NCBI RefSeq assembly: GCF_963853765.1
Contig: NC_088859.1
Span: 35,960,001 to 36,024,000 of the forward strand
From: Magallana gigas
Lineage: Eukaryota
DNA: 64,000 nt
Reading direction: 5' to 3'
The translations under genes and the position numbers were made by a program. Below the pieces are notes generated by a model, which saw nothing but the letters and a program-made list of their open reading frames with translations, did no database searches and was not told the origin of the DNA. Positions 1 through 12,500 of this stretch are shown here, piece after piece. How positions within the stretch are numbered: the first letter of the stretch is position 1; the number at the start of each line of letters is the position of its first letter.

Positions 1-2979
1 TCCGAGGGGAAAAGCTACTATGGGGGAAAAACTGCTATACAACACCGGTATTGATTTCTGTCTTTACGAAAATCATATCGATTTCCGTTTCACTTCTTAA
101 TTTTAGGCCATACACAGTAAACTCTTAGGTTCTAGTTCTCACAATGTATATTGTTTGAAAAAAGTTTCACAGTCGTTGTCCGAGCAGTATGAGTTATGAA
201 TGCTTTTTCACTTAATCTTTAAATTGAATTTTCCCGTATAGGATCATAATTACGATGATTAAATTCTCACATATTCCGTGTCAACAATGACGTTAAAATC
301 GGGTTTTCATTTTTTTAAAATTTGAACATTCAAAATTTATGAAACAGATCTGCATCAAGAAGAAAAACACATTCATTTGCTTTAATCAGAAGCAATGTTT
401 ATAATAAATACAATATTTTTAAATTTAAACTTATTTACTTCACAACGACTAACATGCAAGTTCTTATATAAATGTCTCTCGTTGGTACAAATGATTTACC
501 CGATGTAGTCCTTAATGTGAGAGGATAACGCAGATTTTGCGATTTTTGTTCAAAACGTGCATGATATTTTCAGAAGTTAATATAAACAGAGGTAAAGTAA
601 TGGCTAATCCCGTCAGTGATTATACGTCCTTTTACAACTGCATTACTTCTCCCACAATTGTACGTTTCCTACAGATATTCTGGAAAGGCAAACGCAACAG
701 TGAGGGGTTTTTTTTTTTACGTGGCACCTGTCTCTGGTAACACATAGTGAATGATTCTTGTCCCCAAACAAAGCGTGCTTACACTAAGGTATAGCTCTGA
801 TTGCTTTTTCATGTAGTAAAGTATGCGCTTACAGTATATATATACTTTTTTCATCGATATCTTTAATTCAAAGAGCAAATATGCATTTAAGGAAGAAGAT
901 CGAAGTAGAATATACAAAAGGCGCAATTCTGCATAAAAAAGGAAATAAAATGGTGATTTTAATGCTGTTAACTTTAAAAAAGAAAAGGTAACAACCGAAC
1001 CAGAGCACATAAAACATCATGTGTGACATTCATATAGGCAGTGGTTATAACCTACTGAGCTATCCAGAACTTACACTATTCGATGTAAATATAAACCACT
1101 ATGATAGAAAAAGTTTCCGAAATTTTGTTGCTGTTGTTGTTGTTTTGTTGTTGTTGTTTTTGTTGTTGTTGTAAATTTGGACACCAAGACTGGGCTGCCC
1201 CTTAAAAAGTCTATCTTAATTTATTCATATGAACAAAACCTATAAAATGTCTAAGATTTTTTTAAGGGCAGGCCCAAATGCCATTTTACTGAGAAAATGC
1301 TGTTTTATCCAACTTCGAATAATAAGGATAAATTTGCAAAGGCAACATGATGGGTTTCAAAATGCAAATTCGAAAAATTTAGAAATATGTACGATAGAAA
1401 ATGTCAAATAAAATTTGATTTTTAAATGTGATTTTTTTTTCTTCGGGAAATCAATCTCTCTTATAGATCAATTCTTTTATAATATGCAAGTGTCCCTTTC
1501 AGCTTAAATTGTGTTAAATCCCTTAAATAACAAAGCTACCACCAAAGGTAACTTCTTAGAAGATCAAACCGTTATACTTCTGGACCAAAACTGAAGCACC
1601 ACAGATAATGCAAAGTTTTACATTATCAGTTATGTTTATAGAAGGAAAATCTTAAAAGTTTTTTGTTTCTCAAGAACAACAATAGTAAGACCCGCGAAGA
1701 ATTAGATAAATGATTATAATATACATTACATTATTGCAAATGTCTCTTTTCATCGTCATTGAGTCCATGAAATTAGATAAATGAAAACGTGTCTTTATGT
1801 ATTACGCACAAACTAGCGAACATTATAATTTTATAGAGCCCTTGAAGTTTTTAGTGTCATCCTGTCTTCATTACACACAATGTAGTGTCCTATATAATTT
1901 ATTTCTGATACAATCTGTAAAATACTTCAAATAAATAATGATTGATTTCTTCATTGTGAAAACATGGTCTACAGCTAAGTGCATCAATATCAATAATCTT
2001 GTTTATAGGGATCAATTATGCAATAATGAAAAGAAAATGTTGTTTTTTTAAATTTCAATTTTCATTTTAAATTTTTCTTCGTCAAGTCTTCATGTTTAAT
2101 TTTGTTTTCTCTTTCTTTTTTTGTTGTTGTTGCTGTTCTTTAATTTCTTATTTTTTAATTAAAAATGTATATACCTGTATCTGAAAAGTGGCTTTGCCAT
2201 AAGGAGTATAAAAAAAGGCGAGCTAGGTACATGTATTTAAATCTTTAAATTGTATCGCATATTATATAGGTGTCTTTTAATTATTTTTTTTATGTTCTTT
2301 GGAAATAAAGTGAATAAACAAATACATTGCTTTAACAGTTATTTCAAATAAATTTGAGTGAATGGTGATAATGTCTCTTGCTTTCAAACACACCTATAAT
2401 CTTATAATACCAGAATGTAAATTGCAATTGCTTATACGTGCATATATATATTCATTGGTTGAAGTTACAGCTTCGTTTGAGTTAAGTCTACTGCAAACAC
2501 CCCCTGGATATGTTTTCTGCATGGTCTCCATGCAGACGTGACATTTATTCGGTGAAAAGTCAAAGTTATGTAAAATCCACGTTCCAGCTTTTGCTACAAA
2601 TTACTGCACTTAGCAATGCAATCCTTTAGGCAACGAGGTCCGCCGTATCCCGGCACATAAACTTATGCCCGACGCTCCAAATGTCATGTTGCATTTAATT
2701 ATAAAACATTAGAGTTTCTAACATATGTGAAGTATATTAGTCTGATCATAATTGAATTCTTGTATTTTTTTTTTATAAAAGAGATTTATGCGGTATAAAA
2801 ATGTAATATGTAAAAATGGCAGTTCAGGTAGTTGAACAGGTGTGTTAATTAGGATTTCTTTTAATGTGGCTTTGTTATAATTCTGGATGTGTATTTTTTT
2901 TATATATGTAAATAACAATTTCAATGTATGTACTGAAAAGTTGCGTTGATGCATTTTGTCAGCTCGCAAGCTCTTTGAT

Positions 2980-3168
2980 CCGCCAACCCGTTGCCTTTTG
3001 TCTATTACGTCACTAGGGTAAAGTTTATTAATCCGGGCACCTTGCTGTACTTTGGAGGCGTGTAAGTTTGTTTTGCATGGGTGAAGAGGGGAGTCGGTGA
3101 TATGTCGATTTGATACAGTTTATAAACAACACATAAAAGATTTAAGAGAAGCATACAGAATGGTAAGT
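2980..3168 (+). promoter_or_regulatory. Putative 5' (first) exon/promoter region of Dab with two consensus splice donors
   Basis: Locally GC-richer stretch with TTACGTCA (CRE-like) and two GTAAGT donors at 3062 and 3163; the second is immediately preceded by ATG (3160-3162). Assignment to Dab is inference. Confidence 0.35.
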
Positions 3169-6100
3169 ATTGAAGTCATAATTTCATTATTTACGTATTA
3201 GAACGTGAATTTCTGCAATAGTGCACACTGACAACGGTTTATATTGTCATAAAATGTAAGGCCTAGGGGGTGTTGTTTATGTTCCGAACTTCCATAGTCT
3301 ACGTACAAATGGCTTTCACGACTCTGATATTTTCATTAATGTCTGTCTTAATTACTTTTTTTCTCCTGAGAAGTAAGCATTGCTTGCACAGAGGCACTGT
3401 GACTTGGTGTATAGACAGAATTTTCTCAGACCAAGTCTTATAATTATATTCTCAGACTATTTCAAAATTCCAATGACCTTTAGGTACGAAGACTACAAAC
3501 AAATAATAATTATTAAATTAATTGTTGAATTAAGACATTATTTTAATGGAATATCCATTTGAAATTATTTTTCTGATCTGTAATTATGGTTACAATACTG
3601 TAGGCCTACTTTGAAACTTTATATACCATGTCCGAAGTTTTCTTCTCTGTCACTTTTTGGTGGTTTTCAAAAAAGATACACTTACCATTCAGTAAAGTAC
3701 AGTTAGAATATATATATATATATAAGGTAAACATTCAAAGATCTCCTCTTTAAAATGTCATCTCTTTTTTTTTTCCTGATGAAAATGACATCAAATTATG
3801 ATTGGGAAATCTCAGACATCTTTTATCCATATACCGGTATATATATTCTCTGAACATCTTGCACTATTAAGTTTTCAACATTGTCGTGGTGGTAATTTTA
3901 TGTCAGTTGCATGGCAAATCCCAGTAAACTTTTTTATCATTGTAAGTCATAAAATTTCTCAGTCTGACAAGCAAGGGGGTGAATCAAACTATAACAAAGA
4001 AAAAAATACGGAATCTTTTCATAATAGTGAAGAATGTTGTTTAAACCCTGGGGAATTTAAATAGATAATATTAATGAAATATAAAGCAAGAAATAATACA
4101 GGTATATATAGGGACAGAGTAATTAGTACACTATAATTATTGATTTTATTTCAACCTATACATGTATTTGATTATCAACCGATTAATATTGATATAGAGT
4201 TTGATGATATTTTAAAAATGGACCAATATGAGAAATGAATAATTATGTTAATTGAATTTTGTGTAAACAGTTCATTTTTTATAGGCCTATTACTTAGTTC
4301 ATGTGAGAAAAAAAAACCAATTAACAAACGTTGGTATAGCATATTATAATTCCCGTCATGTACATGTTGAATTTTTTTTTCTATTAAGCCAGGGTTTGGG
4401 GGGGGGGGTTACCAACCCATTTTGATATAAATCGTTTGAGAGATGATGTATGTGGTTCAAAAAAAGTTGAGATTAAATAAATTGGATAGAATTACATTAT
4501 TGCAGCTAAGATGAACCCATTGTGCAGTGCACTGTCTATGTAATGTATGCACCGTCATGTTTATGTAAATTTTATCTATCTCTGATGCTAGTGATACTTC
4601 CAGTGATTGATCCATGTAGAAATAAAAAGGGAGTATTTATAAAATGAAGAATAATCTTGAGCAACTGAACATACCAATTACTGAAATGATGGAAATTCTA
4701 GATTTTGAAATTCAGCAAGGATAAAGTGTCATGGCGTGTTGTTGAGAAATTTGCAATTTAAAAAGACTTTCCAAAAGTGGTGAAAATCCTTCACAGAAGA
4801 CTTGAATTTGATTACCAAAGTGATTAATGATTTAGCACAGTTGAGGGAATTTGTAAATAATGTAAATGAGAAGTGCATGGTTTATAAACAAGTTTGATTG
4901 TCAACAGACGTCATTACACAGTTACAAGGTCAGAAATAAAAACCTCACCCATATGATGTGTGAATAAAAGGGAGAAACAAGCGTCACAATTACTAATTAC
5001 ATAACAGAAACTTTTGATGCTGAATCCATAGTGCTCAGTTTTTCAAATTTTCCTTGTTTTTATGGTCATTAAGAATTCTCGTGTAAAGTGCATTTGACAG
5101 CTACTGAATTAACATATATGTACAGTGTATTACACAGTTGAATACATTGAGAGACTCTTGACTTACTTTTTGGGGCAAATATGTCGCACATTCTTCATAA
5201 GGCTCTATTAGCTGAAGTAATTTTTTTTTTTGTATCTGACTGTTTGATTACTTGTATTTTGTATTATGTATGTATAGAATATGGATTGTGCAGCTAGAGT
5301 ATTCTGTACATTTTGTAGGCATTTATTGCAACAGTACCATTGCCTTTTTGAAGAGTGAATAATTTTGCTAAAACTTGTGCAGATAGGCACACAATTGACA
5401 GCATTCCAGTTGCTTGATATTTACATATTAAATTAAAGGATTCAATAAATTTTCTGTCAAAAGTCAAGTTCTGGTTAAAAAACACATCATGCAGATGTAC
5501 CAGAAAATAGTCAAACTGCAAGAATATAAGTAATGCGAATTGTAAAATGGTGCAAGATAACTGGAAAATGTATTTGTACCTTTGCTTTTCTGTGGCATAA
5601 ATGATTATCTACATTGATACTGATACAAGTGCTATTGTAGCTTACAATGCACAGATATCTGGATAATTATAATCATGGGACTGTTTATCTGCGATTTTAT
5701 TGACGGTATTTTATGTAGATAGTACAGATTATGGACCATTGGATTAGGTCGGAGGGTACCTAACCAGGGGTCGTTATCTCCACAGATGGGAGGAGTGGAT
5801 AGTGGTAGGATTCTCATTTTAAGTGTCCTTTTTGTTCAGAGGAAATATTAATAGGGATTACAAGATTTCTTTCCTGAATGAGGTAGACTGCTGTTTTTTG
5901 AAGTTGGTGATGTGATGTGAGAGAGAGAGAGTAGAAGGATTTGGGGGTCAGACAGCGTAAAAGGTTTTATCTGTGTAATTAGGTTATTTAAGATAATGCA
6001 AGGATGTTGTCATGTTACAGCTTGCCTTGATGTAGAGAGGAGTGTAGGCTACAGTGATAAATTTTTATTGATTTGTTTAATAGAGTTGATTGTATTGTAA

Positions 6101-6523
6101 ATGAATTAAAAGGTTGGACCAGTTAGTAACAGTATCACAAATGTGGGCTATTTATCCCAATGAATTGGTGCAATAGATATAACTTCATTTTCATAATTGA
6201 TAACAACTAGATAACAAATATGATATGGGAAATTTGACATTTGACTTTTTGTGCTTTTACATCTAGTTTGATGACATAGTCAGTCAGTGTTAGCTTTGGT
6301 TTTTTCCTTGATAGAAAGAAGAGATGTTACTTGTGTTTGTAAATCTTTAATACACATTTTATTTCTGTAATTAAAAGATTTCACTTAGAAAAGAAATGAA
6401 CCTAATTCATCGTAATGATATTTCATTTTTTTCTTTCTTATAGTTTTGACCCCTCTGTCCAGATTATAGCTGAATTCCCACCATACAAGACTCTGAAGAG
6501 GAAATTCTGTGTATCATTTAAAA

Positions 6524-9500
6524 ATGTCTGAAGAAACAAATGCATCATCTGCCACTGAGAGCTCAGTGAAAGAGCCTGCAGTAACTGCTGCCGATACACA
6601 AAAGAAGGTGGTCAAAAAACCCTCCATAGGTAAATACTGAACAACATTACAAAAATCACTCAACTCTGTGTTAACCAAATATGTATGTGTATCTTGTAAT
6701 CATCCATGTCTACTTTCAACAGCAACAAAAGAAAGTTGTCAAAAAACCCTTCATATGTAAATTTATCATGGATGGATCTAAAGGAGGGGGGTAGGGCAGG
6801 GGGTTTCAGACCCCCCCCCCCCCCCCCACTCCTAAAATTCAAATTTGCCGAAAATATGGGACCCTTTCCCCTCCCACAGAAAAAAATTCAGGATCCGCAC
6901 ATGTACAAAAAAACATGTACAGCTTTACAGTCAAATAATCACTAAACTCTTTGCATCCACATGTCTACTTTCTGTTTCAGTACATATGCTTTCTGGTTTG
7001 TTATTGTATGATGTAGCATTTAAATACCATACGTAATAGAAAAAAAAGATTTAAAAATAAAGAATTCTTCCTGTGTGTCAGGTGATAGGTGTCCATGTTA
7101 AATACAGTGTATGTGTGTCAGAGTCATGATTGCATGTCTCTTTTGTGTGAAGAGAATGTATGCTGAAGGGAAAGGTGCTTAGTCACAAAATGAACTCCAT
7201 CTTTCGTTTGGTTACTGACGTAACATCATGTAAGTAACACAGCAGACATCTGAAAGAATTTACAGACTTCATTTGTCATTGTTAGGTCAGTGAGTTTAGG
7301 TAGCAAATGAAAATTAAGGTGTAAATTTGTCATGTTCTATATTTTCAAATAATTGTTTTCACAGGAAAATAAGTAATTGAGTATAGACTGGACTTGAGAA
7401 TTTAATTTAAAGTCTTTGTTGAATTGTATTTGTGTCAGACTGTGTGTACCTATAAATTACTGGTACATATTCATCTACCAGTTAAATACATGGTATCCTT
7501 TTGTTATTTGACAAAAATACATCATTTTATTTTCAACACAACAATTTTATCTTCCTGATATTTTAATTTATATTTTAGATCCCAAAAATGACCCCTATAG
7601 ATTTAAAGGTGAAGGGGTGGTGTTTAACGCTAAGCTGATCGGAGCTAGTGACGTTCCTGAAGCCCGTGGGGACAGGATGTGTCAGGAAACGATTTTGGCC
7701 CAAAAAATGGCTGTGAAAACTTCAGGTCAGCATAAGCAGAGAATCATCATCAATATTTCAGAGGAGGGAATCAAACTCATTGACCTTAGAACAGCTGTAA
7801 GTGTAACAATCACCCACAGGTTTTAGTTGTGGGGGATGGTTAGGCTTTGATGAACAGTTTCCTTGTTGGATTTGTGTGTTGCATTTGATATTAATCAATG
7901 TGTTATCAGTAAACAGAGTATTTTTAGGGTTGAACAATATGTTTACTATTGAATGGTATCCTTTGTTTGTATTTTCAGACATTATTACATCATCACCCTG
8001 TGCACAAGATATCTTTCATCTCAAGGGATGTAAGTGACAGAAGGGCATTTGGTTATATCTATGGGACAGAGGAAAAAACACACAAGTTCTTTGGAATCAA
8101 AACAGAAAAAGCGGTGTGTACACGTAGGATAGATTATATAACAACAACTTCATTCCTCTTTTAAGGAATATTTGCATTTGTACACTTAAAGCATAGCATG
8201 TAGATACAATACATGTTTAAATCTTGGGAATGTATTATTATTTCATGTACAGTTGAACTTCGATATCTTGAAAATCTCCAATACAATGAATATGTTAAAG
8301 TGATTTGTAAGTCCCAACCACTTATTTTTTAAATATTTTACATTTGATATTCAATGTTAGCTCATATGAGAATAATCTTTGAAATGTTTACAGGCAGAGA
8401 ATGTGGTATTGGCTCTTCGGGATCTGTTCCAAGTGGTGTATGAAAACAAAAAGAAAGAGATGGAGGCTGCTAAAAAACAACAGACAGAGCCCACAGATAC
8501 GGCAACTAAAGAGGAAACCCCACAAACCGGTAAATCGCCTTATACTGCCACAAAATTACTCTTTTAGTATTGGTATTTAGCTTTGAAATGTTGAAAATAA
8601 AGAGGCTCTGTGCAATATTTTTTTTTTCAAACACATAACAAGTGTTAAGATTTTGTCTGTAAATATTTACATTTATTGTGCAGTGATTGGGAAGGACCTG
8701 CGCCACGCGCCATAGTCGCATTTAAGAGAAAAATGGCGCATTAAATCAATTACTCTAAGCGCCGAAGTGCGCATTCAAATTTCTCATTGGTAATATAAAA
8801 GGTTTTAGCGATATCCGCTGGAAATTTACTCTGTACAACTTACCTAATTGTCTTTTAATACATTCGTGTTGAAACAAAGAATTTCATTGGTCTTGTTGGT
8901 AAAACAGAAATAAACAACTGATAAAACGTTTCCACTCATTTATGCGTGGTCTTAAACAAGATCATTCCAGAATTTCCTCCGAAAGAGAAGTTGAAGTCAC
9001 CCAGTATTCTGAGTTCTCAATAATATAAACTAACCCCAAATGCAGTAAAATGATAATCATCTAATTGAAAAGACGTTTTCACAGCCTCAATTAATCCCTG
9101 TTGTGATTATTAAAACTTGTGACTCACGACTGCCTTATCATGCTTATCGTTAGGGGTTATACATACGGGTGACGTTGCAACCACACTGTGCATTGAAAAT
9201 TACAACCGATGTTTATTAATTTAAGTGTTGATACTACAATTAGTTGTAACTTGTACCGTAATTAGTTAATAACTTGCAAAATTAATGTTTAAATAATTTA
9301 GAATAAAAACTGTTTCCCTACAGTTATCCTCAAAATTTGAAAGATTCTCTACATAACGGTAATAATTGGGTCAAAGGGCTTGACTAATACCTCCAAAAAA
9401 ACACAGAAGTACAGAGACTGATTTTATTGATCATTTCGCAAACACCATTACAAAACATTGCATCAATGAAATGTATAAACACATCAAATAAGTGAAATTT

Positions 9501-12500
9501 AACCAGTTGGTTAAGTTTTTAAATGTTTTAGAAGTTGTTTTGCTCTAGGATGGTCCTTGGTAATTTCAATTTTATAAAATGGCCCCAATGAATAAATAGA
9601 TGGCCCTTTCATTATGAAAATGGCCCATTGAAATTAATAACTGTGGGGCCATAGTCCCATTGACATTTTTGGCCTTCCCAATCACTGATTGTGGCTATTG
9701 ACTCTCAAAATAATGTATTTGACACTTGCCATATTATAGAGCCCAGATAATTATTTCTTTAAATATTTATAATATTTAGTTGAAATAATGTACTGTGTCT
9801 GTTTATCTTATAGTTGTGAAGCTTGGAGGAGATTTAACTGCTGAGTCATCCACAGATGATGAACCAACATCTAAGGTAAGCAAAGTGTGGCTAGAATGTT
9901 TACTTGTGGTTTTGTATTTTTCTGAAAGAGAAATTAGGAAAGATTCCTTTGCTGCAACAGCTTGTCAGATATGATCATCCTCCAAAAATTAACATTCAGA
10001 TATACACTGTATAGATTGTGCTATCAAAAGGAATCCCTGGATTGTATTGATTTAAAATTTTAAGTTTTTTCATTGATATTGTATAAAATCAATAGGAAAC
10101 ACTAAATGGAGATGAAATAGATGAACCTATATATGAAGTAAGTTTTTGTTTAATACACTGACTAGTAGAAACTTAGTTATTAAATGCATCTAATATTTTG
10201 AGTAAAAGTGTGTGGCTACTGCTAATCTATCCTATGTTTTATTTGCAATTAACTGTTTCTTCTTTTTAATGTTTTCCCTGAGAATGGGGGGGGGGGGGGG
10301 GGTACATGGAAAGGTGGTTAATGATGAAGAATGAGATCTAAAAAAGAAAAAAAGTTTCATCAATATCCATTTCTTAAATTATAATTGGAAAGGATTATGT
10401 TAAAAATATGCAGTTTTTAAAAAAAGTATCAAGTTATTTCTTGATACTTTTCATGATTAAAAATGAATTAAAAACCTGTCAATTGTTGTTAGCATGGACA
10501 ATTATAAGTGTATCTTTAGAACACCTGCGTGAATCTTGTCACACCTGAGCTACTTCATGACCTGACATTGAACTTCATGGTACATTAGATTATTCAGTCT
10601 GATCTAACGAGCAAGTAAAGCTTCCTCAGATTTTGTGATTTGTCGCTCACTTTGCTTTTGAAGTTACTTTAGTAAGATTTTGTATGTTATTTGTTTAATT
10701 AACAGGCATTATTTCTAATAGAACTGCTCAAGTTTCTCTTCTTCCTTTAAATCTAACTCTACTGATCAAACTGTTGAAATTTAAACTAACATGGATTGTA
10801 TTAGAACACCCTTCAATAGCTTCTAAGTTCTAACACTTATTAGTGTTTTGTAATGCTGAGAACCAAAATCTGTAGAATGTAAACATATATATTAAAGATG
10901 TTACGGTAAATGAAAACAAACTCTCTGGCTGCCATATTGTCATCTATTTCTTGCATCTTGCTTCTACAGAAATTGAAGGCAACCACATTGCTTGTTTTAT
11001 CCAAAGACAGTGTGTTGTTCTATTCCGAGGCTAAACAAAATGAATTGTTTGCACTGTAACATTAATTCAATTTTACTTGAATCAGTGACATTGATCATAT
11101 TAAAATGAAAAGATGTGACATGAAATTATTGTATTGGTACCTAGAAGTTAGTTAAATGAATATTCAAATAGAAAATTAGATTTGAAATTGTTTTTGTTTT
11201 TTAGGCATAATGATTAGAGATAAGTTTTTGTAGAATGTTTCTAGTATTAATTTTCTTATTTTTTCCTAGTACTGGTAGTCATATTTAATTGATTGATTAT
11301 GAAATATGTTGATTACTGTTTTTATTGTTAAAATTACTTTTCTTGTTAGATTTTGTTATATGATAATTATAATATCTACCGGTACATTCTATTGGTCAAT
11401 TACAGGGTTTTACTGCATTCTGGTGACTGTTTTAATTGTGACATTCTGCTGTTTTTGACAGGTTCCCCCTAACAATGGACCAGTGGAGAAGGAACCCACA
11501 GATTTGTTTGCTCTGCAGACTGAGATAGTCAGCATTGAACAAGTAATGGACAAAAACATTAAAAAATCTTTGTATGACAAAGTAAGAATTGGTGTTTCAT
11601 CATCTCTCATATGTTGACATATTCTTTGTCTCTTGTACAGGGCATAAAACAGATCAACAAGATGGAGTCTCTGTTTGATGACTTTTCTGCCCCACCCACC
11701 TCTGCACCAGCAACCTCATCTGCATCCTCCACCACCTCTTCAGATCCTTGGGGAAGTTCAACAGAGAACACAACCTCAAACAAATCAGCAAGCTCAGACC
11801 TGGATGAACTTAATCTATTCAGCAATGAACCGGCCCCTGTAAAGAAGAAGGATGACATCATGAGCCTGTTTGGCCCAGGTGGTCAGCCTGGATTTGGTGG
11901 TCCCCAACCACAGCAAATGTTTGGTGGTCCTCAGCCTGGTATGGTGGCACCACAACCAGGGTATGGAGCCCCTCAACCAGGCATGGGAGGGCCACAGGGA
12001 TTTGGAGGACCACAGCCACAGCCACAGCAAGGGTTTGGAGCATTTGGACAACCAGCAACACCGTTTCCACCAACTTCCCAACCAAATCCATTTGGTGCTC
12101 AGCAAGGGGTATATATGCATATTTAAGCATGTATAAACATAACGATGAATTTGAGTTATTAGAAATTTTAATTCAATTGAAAATATCTAATTGAAACTCA
12201 AGAATGTTGAATATGTACATGAATAGTACACTGTTGATATAATTTTAGGGAGGATTTGGAGGTCTTGCACCTCCACCAGTTCCCCAAAGGCAACAGAGCA
12301 CTCCTAATCCATTTGGAGGGCAACAACAACCAGCTGCAGCTCCTCAGCAACAGAACTTTTCATTGTTTGATGAACCTGTTCTGGCTCCAATGAAAGTTGA
12401 AGATCCATTTGCTGCTCCAGCAAAATCTGCACCCGAGAAAAAAGATGCTTTTGCTGACCTTTGTAGCATTGGCACAGCAACTACAGCCAAGTCTCCAAAA

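Noticed and set aside
1-50. Possible terminal fragment of a MITE (gggggaaaaactgctatacaacaccggta)
   Set aside because: Truncated by the window edge; the partner end cannot be seen.
10970-11059. Strong acceptor (ttgcatcttgcttctacag) suggesting a microexon or alternative terminal exon of Dab
   Set aside because: No convincing in-phase GT donor, and the phase-0 and phase-1 frames both hit a stop within ~30 codons; cannot be supported without transcripts.
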